Source: Antedon mediterranea
Taxonomy: Eukaryota > Animalia > Echinodermata
Reading direction: 5' to 3'
DNA: 64,000 nt
NCBI RefSeq assembly: GCF_964355755.1
Contig: NC_092676.1
Location: 28,414,871-28,478,870 of the forward strand
Both the position numbers and the translations under genes were made by a program. How positions within the stretch are numbered: position 1 is the first letter of the stretch; each line of letters starts with the position of its first letter. Under the pieces are notes generated by a model. The model ran no database searches. It had not been told where the DNA came from and worked only from the letters and a program-made list of their open reading frames with translations. Positions 24,549-42,921 of this stretch are shown here, one piece after another.

Positions 24549-27500
24549 TCATTGGCCTTCATTATTAGTGCCCTCGTAGAAAGTTGGCTAAAATTAAAAA
24601 AACAAATTATATTAATTATTATATTATTACTCTATACCTACAAAGGAGCATTTTATTACATCATAAACTGAAGAAAGCAGGGACAAACATTGATGATGAT
24701 GTCATGATGACATAAACTGAAGAAAGCAGGGACAAACATTGATGATGATGTCATGACATCATAAACTGAAGAAAGCAGGGACAAACATTGATGATGATGT
24801 CATGATGACATAAACTGAAGAAAGCAGGGACAAACATTGATGATGATGTCATGATGACATAAACTGAAGACCGCATGTGCAAACATTGATTGCAGGTATT
24901 CATTCATCTCTTTATTTTAAAATATCATATTAAAATTAGGCTTGGTGGAAGGCCTAAAGTATGTTAGATTTAGGACAGGATGAAACTTTTTTTATGGTGG
25001 AGTCCCCGCCCAAAAGCCCCACCCACCACAATGTTATCCTATACCTGTTGAATTTCTGTTGAATTTTCCTGTTCATCTTCCATGTCATCGTCGTCATCTT
25101 CAGATGAGTCATGATCAAGAATGGGCTCACTTGCTGCTTTGCTACCTAAAAAACAGAGAGAATGTCGATGCATGTTGAGAGAACAGTTTTACAACATTGC
25201 TTGTTCAGATTGAGTTTAGCCTTTACATGAAATGTAAACTATGTAATTACTGACTCAGGGGTGCATCAATGAACAATGGTGTGTCAATGTCCATCACTTT
25301 ACCACTTTCCCACTTTAACCTACCTGTCTTATGGGCTAGTGAAATGTTACCACCTGTTCTAACCACCTGCACCATTTATATGCAATTTGTTAATGTTAGG
25401 TCAGTCTCATAAGAACTACAGCTGTAGTAGCCCAGTCGTAACCAACATAAATCAAGGGAAAAATCAAAGGATGCTAAAGAAAGCCAAAGTAAATTGTTAT
25501 GCTCAGTAAAGTTAAATAGGTCAAAGGTTAAAGTAACATACCAGCTGGTGGATTAACAGCATCCATTTGTGAGGCCTTCCCTGTTGATAGTTGATCATAG
25601 CATGTGTCGCATACACGCAGGGGTCGAGATGATTGAGTCGGCAACAAAAACTTTTTAGTAGAACATGTACCACAAACTACACGTCCACATTTCCTACAAT
25701 GGTGCTGCAATACACAAAGTTGTAATTATTATTAGGGCGATCACATTGAAGGATCTGCTGATCAAAAACCAATCTCACAGCCTTAAGCTCTGTCTACACT
25801 ATCAAACTAGTTTGACAAAAAAAGTATGATGTGCCTAAATATTGTAGTGATATTGCCAAATATGGTAGTGATATGACATATGAGCGGTTAAGACAGTGGA
25901 ACCGTAATTACGTAGCCATAACATCGGCATGGGTTCGAGGCTCACTCACTCCATGGTTCTGGTGGTAGAACGAGTCTTCTCGGATAAGGACTATAAACCG
26001 TAGGTCCAGTGTACACATCTAGCTCGTGTGCACTTTAAAGAACCTAGTACATCTTTCGAGACGAGTAGGGGGTTACCCCGGTGTGTTAGTACATCACAGC
26101 CACTGATCACCAACTGGGCCCTCTGGGAGACCAGTCTTTGACTGAAGAGGTTACCCAGTATAAATATATATTTCAATTTAATCAATTTCAATCATCTTGT
26201 CCATATATGGGCACATCACATTGTCACGTCAAGTTTGTACAGTAGGTCAAAGGTTTTTAGGGAGATCGCATTGCTGATCAAAAACTAATCTCACCCAGCC
26301 TTATAGTCTGCTCAGATAAAGATATATTTTGCAATGCAGCTGTATATAGCATTTTTAGCAGACTTACACATTTCAAAACATGTTACTAAACTGAGTAACA
26401 CATGAGCTGTTTAGCTATTAGATACCTAATAAGTAATAGCCATTTCAAGAAATCAACATTAATACCACAATTGATGGTACTGCAAAGGCAAATATGTAAT
26501 ATTCAATAAAAACACACAATGTAGTTAATATAGTATAATAGTAATTTAGCTGCATTTAGGCAATGCTTTACTTACTCGTCGATTCAGTGTTGTAAACTTT
26601 GTCTTATCACAGTTCATACACGACGAAGCATCTTGATCAGGAACCCAAACAGGACATAAATCTGTAGCTGGCTTCTTCCCACCTTAAACAATAAATTAGT
26701 AATGCTATTTATACAAGTAACATAATCTTGTAAGGCAGACATAAACACCTCTATGTGATGTGTAATCATAGCTGAGTGGCTAAGTATGCATTGTTTAAGC
26801 CATATATACTAAATATACACATTCCTATGTTTTGAGTCATGGTTTTTGACCTGATAATATATAGATATATATTTAGGTTTAAGTTAGGTAATAGTTATTA
26901 TTGTATTACAAAAGCATCAAGTTGTTTCTATTTATGAGCTGGTTAGATGGTCTAAAGCTCTGTCTACACTATCAAACTTTATGTGACAAAAACATGTGAT
27001 GTGCCCATATATGGACATGATGATGTCACATCACTACCATATTTAGGCACATCACGATTTTTAGTCAAACTAGTTTGATAGTGTAGATAGAGCTTAACAA
27101 TAGGTTACATTGAGTGGAAACAAACTATGCTGACTGCCCCCACCAACCTGCTATATCAATCAACTTACTTTTAACTATAAGATCTGAAATACATTTATTG
27201 ATGTGTGCCATCCATTCAGATTTTTCTGTGGCTGTTGCAGCGTACACTGAGAATGATTTATTAGTACTAATAATCTGCCAACCGTTCCTCTGATCTGTAA
27301 ACAAACATAAACAATCGTCCATCTTTTAATTTCTATTTGTTACAAATTAATTTGATTGGGATTTTACTGGCTTTCAGCACTTATGTATAATATGCATTTG
27401 GACAATTGCTTTTAAAGCTGTTCGCACAAATAACAAAATACTACTACTAATATCATCATGTCTATATACAGTATAGGCACATCACATTTGTTTGTCACAT

Positions 27501-29958
27501 AAAGTTTGATAGTATAAAAAGGCTTTAATGTTCACAATCTTACAAACTAAATTGTCTTCCTGTGCATATTACAGAATATGCGATTGTCAGTTTTGGGATG
27601 TAACTAAATAAAAGTTTTGATTACAAAGTGGTCGAGGCATATTTTTAATAATAGGTTCTTTTAGGTTCTTTTTAATTACGTACTTACTTCCCTCATCTTC
27701 AATAGATTTTAGTCGCACATCTTCCAGCGGTAAAATATGTTGTTTGTTATACTGCAAAACATAATATATAAATAATAAGTCTGTTATATATTCATAAATG
27801 CTAAAACTTTTCATTGCTGTTTGTTTTGAATTGCTGTGAATAATGCTATGTGTATAAGAAAAGGGGAGCGGCAGCGGAGAAGGTGTGGGTTTGACATAAG
27901 GGTCACCTTCCTAATCTAGACTGACTTAATTAATTTAAATATAATGATTAACTACAAGATAGGTAGGAAAATAAAGAGTTGTATATCACCCCTTGTTTAG
28001 TCTGGTGAGGTAGTTGTTGCTATTTATAGAACCTCTGGATACAAGCCTGATTATAAAACATCTTTAAATCAAGCAACATGCTTTTTTTACTTACTTTTTT
28101 CTTATTTATTACAATATTTCCGTAAACTAGAATATCATGAAAGAGAAAAAATTGCCTTGCTTTCGCTCGCTTTCTACACATCTTTGTTAGGACGCCCTCA
28201 CCAACTAGCACTCTGCCTGGAACGGCCAATGTCTACAAAAAATGAATCAAACATTAGCTGGATAGACAGACTATATCGTTTTTGATCGAATATTGATGAT
28301 ATAGAATGGAATTTCTATCATCAATTTTTTAAATATTTTTAATGTAAAGCTCTGTCTACACTATCAATGTGGTGTTCCCATATATAGACATGATGATGTC
28401 ATCACTACTATATTTGGGTATATCACTACCATATTTGGGCAAACTAGTTTGATAAAGTAGACAGAGCTTATGCACTTGTCAATTGTATGACCCACTATAC
28501 GACCCCCGGGAGAGGTGCGTCATGGGTGCGTCATTTACAAATAATTACTGTCGCAGGGGTGCGTCAAAAAACCTAGATGGTACGTCACATCAATGAACAA
28601 GGTGTGTAAATGTCCGTCACTTTACCACCCATATATCATAAACAAGATGGTCACAGTGCGTCAAAATGGGTGCGTCATGGTCACCTAAAGGTAAGTAACA
28701 TTTTTTACGCACCGGTGCGTCATGGTATTCAAAGGTATGACGCACATCGGACAAATGACGCACCTCTCCCGGGGGTCGTATAGTGGGTCATACAATTGAC
28801 AAGTGCATTAACATTCTGCACATTCAAGACAAGTTTGAAATGTGCTTAAATGTGTGTAAATTAAACTTGGATGTTTCTAATTTCCTATCATGAAGGTCAG
28901 AAAAATTATAGAAATTTATATTTCTATTTTTTTATGTAAAAATATTAAACTTAAGTTTAGCCAGGATACTGATAAGCATTTTAAATTTGCATAATATAAT
29001 TTTAATGTCATGATATAAAATATTTTATTAGAAACTACCTCTTTATGATGGAGGAATATGCCAAAAATGTATTTCAATGCAAAAACAATATGTATGACAA
29101 CAAGCTTTAAATTTAAGTTATTGCCATCGTCTATTTTAATTAATGTGCAGCGCATTGAGAGCTTGCTTATATGCGCTGTATTGGAATGAACTATTATTAT
29201 TGTATGATGCATTTATATTTACTGTTTGCATAACACATATTCTATTACATAAAGCAATTTTTTTCCCAAATACAGTACATAAATTATAAAGATATAATAT
29301 TATATTAAATCTAAACTACACAGTCAGTAGGAGTTGGACTAATATGCTAAATGTTTAGCTACCATACTTACTTGTTTTGAACCACCAAAGCATTGGTCTA
29401 CATGTGTTATTCGACGTTGATTGGCTTCACTATTTACTATACAACGACAAATAAAAATTATATAATTATTTTAATTTATTTTTACTGTAATTCATTATTT
29501 TATTTAATATATCATTTTTGTTTACAATTTTATTTAATAAAATGATTGTTTTAATGCAGAATAAATGAAACTTGGCTTCGTTGAAATAAAAGCTAGGTTA
29601 GTGCTTATTAATATCAATTGATTCATATTTTGCACAGGCCTATCTAGCCTAGGTCCCTAGACTGCTAAGCCCTGTCTACGGGTAACCCATCATAAACAGA
29701 GAAACTGTTGTGGTGCACAACCCAGCAATCGACCGTGCGAATTGTGTGTTTGTGGTAACAACTGTCGATCCAGCCTAAAGTTTACTACACAAATAAAAAG
29801 GTTAACTTCTTAGCCATTGCACCCAAGTATAAATAAATTAACACATGCTAACAATACATACACAAGACACGATTGTTAAGTATTGCCTTAATTTGGTTTC
29901 AATTATTAAACCCAGGAAGTCCAGAAAACTTCCTAAACTTACCCAGTCGGTCCACCAT
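24549..29958 (-). CDS. PLEKHF2: PH and FYVE domain protein phafin-2, 9 exons, ~272 aa
   Basis: Exons 29958-29943, 29436-29372, 28232-28095, 27751-27688, 27294-27169, 26682-26576, 25704-25542, 25145-25045, 24587-24549. MVDRLVNSEANQRRI, PGRVLVGEGVLTKMCRK, WVPD, RRHHCRKCGRVVC, RVCDTC, acidic DSSEDDDDD tail. Confidence 0.95.
24658..24895. repeat. 48-51-bp tandem repeat, ~4.5 copies
   Basis: cataaactgaagaaagcagggacaaacattgatgatgatgtcatgatga unit. Confidence 0.9.
25880..26193 (+). mobile_element. tRNA-derived SINE with Deu/Nin central domain, nested in a MITE
   Basis: Partial A box GAGCGGTTAAG, B box GGTTCGAGG, then CGGATAAGGACTATAAACCGTAGGTCC...TTAAAGAACC...TTCGAGACGAGTAGGGGGTTACCCCGGTGT (resembles the DeuSINE core from memory), and a (TTCAA)-like tail. 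Confidence 0.75.
26954..27096. mobile_element. Representative copy of the high-copy MITE AGCTCTGTCTACACTATCAAACT (PIF/Harbinger-like)
   Basis: TIR agctctgtctacactatcaaact / agtttgatagtgtagacagagct with TAA/TTA flanks and internal atcactaccatatttgggca repeats. Other copies near 3628+5193, 14790, 15135, 15277, 17007, 20168, 20374, 21320, 25784, 27450, 28346, 34020, 35785, 37740, 40287, 41309, 43510, 50496, 59019, 59368, 60037. Confidence 0.9.
28471..28807. mobile_element. Young MITE, 337 bp, ~53-bp perfect TIR, TTA TSD
   Basis: TGCACTTGTCAATTGTATGACCCACTATACGACCCCCGGGAGAGGTGCGTCAT at both ends in inverted orientation; TTA at 28468-28470 and 28808-28810. Confidence 0.9.
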
Positions 29959-30462
29959 TTTGGAAACTAATTATGCAGTCACGTGATTGAACTGATGTTT
30001 TTCTCTCAGTTTTCCATCCAACGCAAAGCAAATTCCTACTCTCAATATAGTTAATAAAATAGCACTTTCACAACTTCATTACACTCATATTTTAAAGCAA
30101 ACTACTGTTTTATTATTCGTCTTTCTAAAGCTATCTTCTACAAAAATTGAAGGGTGTGATTAAAAAGGGAAGTTGCGGAAATTAGGGCAGAAGTAAAATC
30201 AATTACGTCACATACACTGGGGATGTCCATCATGCATGACGAAAAAAGAGAGAGGGAGGCTGCTGACACAGTGTACAGTCACATGATCGACGTAAGGTCA
30301 ATTCTCTCGAAAACATTTTCGCTGGCCTAGCTCTGTTTGTGGTTCATGAAAAGGCCTAAAAGAACGACCAAACATCTGGTAAACAAAATAAAAGTGCAGA
30401 TTTACATGCCTCATAGGCCAAATTAACTTTTTGTTTATACGGCTGATTATTTTTTAAAGACA
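29959..30462. promoter_or_regulatory. Bidirectional promoter PLEKHF2/RNASEK with CLEAR and M-box motifs
   Basis: Start codons ~505 bp apart head-to-head; GTCACGTGAT at 29978-29987; GTCACATGAT at 30278-30287; TTACGTCA at ~30203. Confidence 0.7.
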
Positions 30463-31198
30463 ATGGCGAAGTTTTGTGGCCCAAAATTGTCGACGTGCTG
30501 TTTGATATTGAGTGTCTGGGGTGTTGTGATGCTGGTAAGTAGTAAGCCTAGGGTAGGCCAGTCAGTAAAGTCTAGGCCTAGGCTAGAAATAATAATTGTA
30601 TAATGTTGAGACGGCTTGGTATAGTATTGTACAGGCTTATGCTAGGCTAGACTAGGGGGTTTAGGAAGGACGTATAATTTGTACTAGGCTAGGCCTACCA
30701 TAACATAATTAAATGTGCCTGAATGAAGAAGTGAATCTCTTAATAATAAAATAGGCCTAATTAATATTAATAATAAGGCTAATAGTATAATTATAAATAT
30801 TATAATTTGATTATAAAAATTAATTGTTTTTAAAATGATTGTTCCTATTAATTGTTATTGTTTCTTTATTGTTAATTAGGTTTACTGTATATTGTATTGT
30901 TTGTTCATTCAGGGGTGTAGTAGGGTGAATTTAAGATTTAGTTTCTAAAAAATCCTTTTCATGTTTTTTTTTCCAGCTTTTACTTGGTATTTTCTTTGAA
31001 ATGAATGCTGTAACCTTTATAGAAGACGTCAAAGTAGACTTGAATGACACTGAAGACTTAACGAAGGAAAAACTAGAAGAAGCGTACCACAAGGTGGCGG
31101 TCAACTGCTTTATAGCTGCTGCCTTGTACGTCCTAACCTTTTTCGCATCGGCTCACCAATTTTACTCAAATCGAAAACCACAGTACCAGGTCAATTAA
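30463..31198 (+). CDS. RNASEK: Ribonuclease kappa / V-ATPase subunit f, 2 exons, 97 aa
   Basis: Exons 30463-30534 and 30977-31198. [27 protein letters not shown]...AVTFIED...YHKVAVNCFIAAALY. Confidence 0.93.
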
Positions 31199-32109
31199 AC
31201 AAGGATTAGTTTATTTACAGGAACAGTATTGTGCATGCGTCTTCTTCCTCTTCCAATTTAAGACCACTTTTGGGCAGAAACATTTATGTTTTTTTAATTT
31301 GAATAATTTCTACAACAGCTTCAGTAAACGGATTGATGGCTTATGGTATTCAAATTTAGAAAGCGCATGTTTTACTGATTGCGGGGGAAAAAATGGCTCA
31401 AAAATCATTCAGATATTTTTGGTGATTATTTAAATTATAGTAATAGATGGTGCTTGGATAGGTGGCGCTGTTTGTTGTTTGAGTGTAACCATATTTCTTT
31501 CACCATATTAAAATACTGTTAATTAAGTAGCAATATTATGATATATGCATTATGCAGTTATGAAGGGAACATTATGTGGTTGAGTGGTATGCTTCAAAAC
31601 CCATTAACTAATTGTGGGTAACCACTCTCTCACCGACCTCTAACAAAATCAAGTTCTGTTAGTGAACATTTTCATTTTGTTGGATGTAAAAATTAATGAA
31701 ATAATATATTTTATTGTTTATATTGGGTAAAATAAAAATGTACAATTAATGATAAACTTTATAATTGTATTAATCTATTATGAAAATGTGTTTAAATTTT
31801 GATTTAGATTATTATTAGGTTATTTTTTCATATACAGCAGAATGGTACTGTAATGGTAAATTACTAGCCTTCTCCAACATTACTAATTTTAAGACATTAT
31901 GTTTAAATTATTCTATGCTTAAGATGATCCAATACATTCCTTGTTCTGATGACTGATCAATAGGTTAGTTATGCAACTTCTTTTTTTTAGTTTTAGTTTT
32001 CTCCTTAAAACTATAAATTAGTAAAGTCACTATGGTATGCAATCTATTAAACTATAATGTATATTTTGTGTAATAAATAATAACCTGTTGTAATAATAGA
32101 TTAATAGTA

Positions 32110-32259
32110 CTGTATATCATTATTATGTAGGCGGCCTGAAGAGACAGTTATAACGTTAGACAAACCATCTGAATGTGTTTACCTGTATATCATTATGATG
32201 TAGGCGGCCTGTAGAGAACGGTTATAATGTTAGACAAACCATCTGAATGTGTTTACCTC
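32110..32259. repeat. ~73-bp imperfect tandem duplication
   Basis: atgtaggcggcctg...ttagacaaaccatctgaatgtgtttacct twice. Confidence 0.8.
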
Positions 32260-33334
32260 ATTCCATGGTATTTGTAATTACAAAGTTTTATAGAATGTTT
32301 GGTAAATTAATTATATAGCTATATATTTAAGTCGGATTTTAATTTGAAATATGTTTAATGTAAACGTCATTGGTGAAAATAGTTTGTGATGTGAATGATA
32401 CTTGTAATAGAGTGCTTGATGGGAACATTATTTTATTCACAACCATTGGTGAATTTACTATGTTGCACCAATAACGCAAAAGGTTATATACAATGTTGCA
32501 TTATACAGTAATTGTAAAGTTTAACCATGGACCTATACATTTTATAGGTCCATGGACCTATACATTTTATAGGTCCATGGTTTAACAATGCTGGGTGGAT
32601 TAACCGAAAGTTGTATTGTATTAGTAAACTCTTCATGATACTGCAATCTTTGAGTGGTTCTTTTAACAATAATACAATTCAGTCAGCAAGCCAGTTTTTT
32701 TCCTGTGAAACTTTGGAACCCATGTTGAAACATCACAACATAAACATACTCAGTTCACTATGTTTTGACCTATTCTCGGGTGAAATATAATAAATGTAAT
32801 AATCTGCATAAGTATGTATTATACGATGAATCAAATAAAAAATATCCAGTATCATTTCTGTTTCTTTACAAAGTTGTATGCTATTTACATTTCTTTGTTT
32901 TTGACAGGAATAAAGAGTAAAGAAAAAAACAACATTGTACAGGCAAAATACGGAATCCTCGCCACATGTTTATAATGGTATATACTGTATTATTACCTTT
33001 TTATGATTACATTTATGATTCTAATAAAGTAGCAGGTACTCAAAATACTGAATCCCGTAATATTACGTAAAAATATTCTTAAAAGATAGATAATGTATAT
33101 TGTATATACAGTAGTAGTCATCACGAACGCTGAATTTGCAACATAGTGCATTTTCTATAATTTTCATCCACATGGTTCTAAGTCGTCATCTTGGTCTATT
33201 GACTTTGCTCATTGATTCAGATAGATAGGATATCGCAATCTAGACGAAGAAGGTGTCCACACACACCATGTCAAGAATCTTTTCTTTTTAATATCACTCT
33301 GCTCCACGTTTCCTCATTTTTTATGACACTACAG

Positions 33335-33411
33335 CTCACTATGTCGGTCGGTCAGTTGGTCAGTAAACACTAATTCAAGCACGCGACTGCAGCCATGTAT
33401 ATGGCCTTGTT
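33335..33411 (+). mobile_element. Degenerate short HINE family A copy
   Basis: tcactatgtcggtcggtc...gcacgcgact...ggccttgtt. Confidence 0.55.
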
Positions 33412-33789
33412 GCTGGTATTTAAAGATTGATTTGATTCATAATAATATTGATATATATTTCACATGTATAATATTTTTTTCCTTTTTTTTCTGTGTATCC
33501 ATTCCAAAAAAAACATCGAGTACTATGAAGAGTAACATTAACCGACCAATCCAATAACAATTGACTAACTACACCAAATACACGATATTACATTTCATAT
33601 ATTATTATATTATTATTTGTATTATTGTTTATGTGGTAGTCTTTTATTATCATTATTATTCCATTGTCGTTTTAATTTGCATGGCGAATGTAGATATAGA
33701 TCTCAAAATTGATGATCGAAACGTCGAGAAACTCTTCTTTTCAGTAATATATATGTACCGCAAACTTTATCTAAATATTTGATTGTCTT

Positions 33790-37496
<3,707 letters not shown>

Positions 37497-37954
37497 GTTT
37501 TTTTAATGTAATTGTCTTTCTTTACTTTACGTCGAATTTTCTTTCGTTCTTCGTTTAACCTACAAGTAGAGACCTGCTTTATTTTTTATTGGTTACTGTT
37601 TTATTGTTATAAATTATAATTAGGTGCCCTTATTGGATGTTTGCCGTAAACGTAACCAAACCTCATATAGACTCTAGTCCGCAACTGGCAGTTACAGTAG
37701 TAGTATAGCCTGCATTGATTTGTTTCCAAAAATTCTTGATTTAAAGATCTGTCTACTATCTGTCTATTCTCTAAATATAGTAGTGAGACATCACCATGTC
37801 TATATATGGGCACATCACATTTTGTTGTCACGTCAAGTTTGATTTTTTGAGTTGCACTTAAACAAGCAACGCAGTGATTGTATGGAGTAAAATAAAACTT
37901 CCATAAAAATTACGTTTAGATGATCTTTACGATAGGTGGATTTATTCCGAATGA

Positions 37955-38070
37955 TTTTTAGTCGCGTGGTGGACGTGACTCTATAGTTCACTATGTCGGT
38001 CGGTCGGTCGGTCGGTCGGTCTGGTATCACTATGCTTAGCACGCGACTTATGGCTGTTGGCCTTGTTTTT
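37955..38070 (+). mobile_element. Minimal HINE family A copy (~115 bp)
   Basis: tttttagtcgcgtgg...gactctatagttcactat(gtcg)n...gcacgcgacttatggctgttggccttgtt; same termini as 5609-6422. Confidence 0.8.
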
Positions 38071-39404
38071 CTTATTTATTGATAACAGTTTTGGAAAGTA
38101 GAATATTAGCCAGACAATAATCAATTGTGTAATCTAACAACATGATGCAGCAGCAGATTTGAATTTTTGGAAATGTTACTTCTCGACTTTGTTGATCGCC
38201 CTCCTCAGAGGTGAATGATCAAAGCATATTGATCAAAACATCGAGAAAATCAACAGTTCTTTTCAGAACTATAACGACGTGGTGTACTTTATACTTATCA
38301 ACAATCTTACTATATTTCGTTACGGTCAATGCTCCACTCTTGTTCGTCCTCAAAGAGTGTTTACTGACGTTTGACGACGTTTCACTGTAACTTTGATACT
38401 TTATTTACCTTGTTTACTTCTTTTTTGTTCCACCAAAACCTTTCCAGTCCAATTAGCATGAGTTAAAATTAAAAACTAAGTTTTTACCTTAAAAAATCAT
38501 GCAGGTTACGTCACCAGCATTATCATGAACGTCCTTATGGAAACCAATTTGTTAAACTTTATTTGACGTTGTTTTTTATAAGCAAAAAGTTCGTTTATTT
38601 CTTTTTTGTACGGGTTGAGTTGAGGTCAATCAAGGCCGAGAAAATAAAATAAACAATAATAAAATTCTAGTGGCTCAAATAAAAATATAAAATCACAAGA
38701 ATTAAAAATGGCAATGAATATTAACAGAATTTGTGTAATGATTTTATTTATTTTGTTGGAATTAATCATAATTATTGAATAAATTAGAACGGATGACAAG
38801 TAGAGTAGGCCTACGGTACCGAGTTCGAATCTCGTTTGGGAACTTTTTTCTCAGACTAATTTTTATTAATTCATTAAATTTATCACCGAGCGGTTTAGAA
38901 TTTTTCTTTACCTATATATTATGTAGTTAAATATCTGATAGTTTAAAGCATGGATTAATGAATATTCATTAATTCATGGTTTAAGGGCATTGTTTGATGC
39001 TAAAAAGATGGTCTAGTAGTTACGTCAGGCGATTGTAGCTTAAAATAGTACATTACGTAATAGTATATTACCCAAAAGGCTTTGCGCATATCCCCAAACA
39101 TTTATATATTTTCAGTTTTTTTAACGAAATAAGAAGCTTTTTTATTTCTTTTTCAGAATATTATTAAAAGGAATCGTTTGAAATAGGTTGCCTTTTATAT
39201 TATAATAACAAAATACAACAAATTGTGAAATAAAACGTTGTAAATTATTTGTAACAGGGGGAGAATTTAATAAGTGATTAAAACGGAATAACCAAAACTT
39301 CCGGCAGGTTTGCAATACAGTGGTGCTTTTCGTTGTTGCGTTGTTGAAGTTGACAATCAAATTCATGGGAATTCCTACATAAAAATTCACTAATAAACGT
39401 AGAG

Positions 39405-41773
<2,369 letters not shown>

Positions 41774-42529
41774 AACCGATAAATAAACAAAATGTTAGAT
41801 GCTTTCTTCAAGACAGAATGCCAATCAAAAACTGATTGAAAAGTTTGTAACTTATTAAATTATTGAATTAACATAATATAAATATTTCATTCATAAATAT
41901 ATTTTATAAATTTGATTTTAAAAATGTGATTTTTCACATGAAATTAATAAAATAAACGATTATGAATTTTGTCAGAATCCTAATCTGACATTATCACATT
42001 TGATTATAATATTATTAATACTAATATTAATTACATACGAAATACAGTAGAACATGCATGTTATGTCTAAACAAAGACCACAGATAATTAGGGCTCCAAT
42101 GGGCTAATTTTTACCAAGGCAAAACGGTTATTACATTGATGTTTAATTTGAATGGGGTTAAGCCTTTACAGCGTTGTATAGTATAAGGTCATTCAATTGA
42201 AAGTACAGTATTCTTGCGGCATTATCTATGTGACATATACTGGTAACCAGCATAAGTTTAATCATGGACAAATCATGCATGGTATACTATACTTTTCCCT
42301 CGATAATTTTCTTCAATAAATTCTGTAAATATAAATATACGCAGACTGGTTATCTAAATTGGTGACACCAAGGTAACACATAGTAATCTCCATCTGACGG
42401 AAGAAAAACGTTGTCTGGTTAATTTTTCCAATATGACTGAGTACTGTAATCGACTTATAGATAGTCTACTGTAAAATCTGTGTATTTTCAATGGTTAATA
42501 TGCTTCATAATAGTTTAGCTTTGAATAGC

Positions 42530-42921
42530 ATACTGATCGTTTACTGATCACATAAATATGTACTGATCGTTTAGTGATCACATAAATATGTACTGATCGT
42601 TTAGTGATCACATAAATATGTACTGATCGTTTAGTGATCACATAAATATGTACTGATCGTTTAGTGATCACATAAATATGTACTGATCGTTTAGTGATCA
42701 CATAAATATGTACTGATCGTTTAGTGATCACATAAATATGTACTGATCGTTTAGTGATCACATAAATATGTACTGATCGTTTAGTGATCACATAAATATG
42801 TACTGATCGTTTAGTGATCACATAAATATGTACTGATCGTTTAGTGATCACATAAATATGTACTGATCGTTTAGTGATCACATAAATATGTACTGATCAT
42901 TTAGTGATCACATAAATATGA
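42530..42921. repeat. 30-bp near-perfect minisatellite, ~13 copies
   Basis: tactgatcgtttagtgatcacataaatatg unit. Confidence 0.97.

Noticed and set aside
25880-25950. tRNA gene
   Set aside because: A box is truncated, no cloverleaf forms, and it continues into a SINE body.
42495-42881. Repetitive ORF (ITKRSVHIYV)n, and ORFs at 57436-57910, 16698-16960 and 23497-23956
   Set aside because: Translation artefacts of minisatellites; no synonymous variation or splice context.
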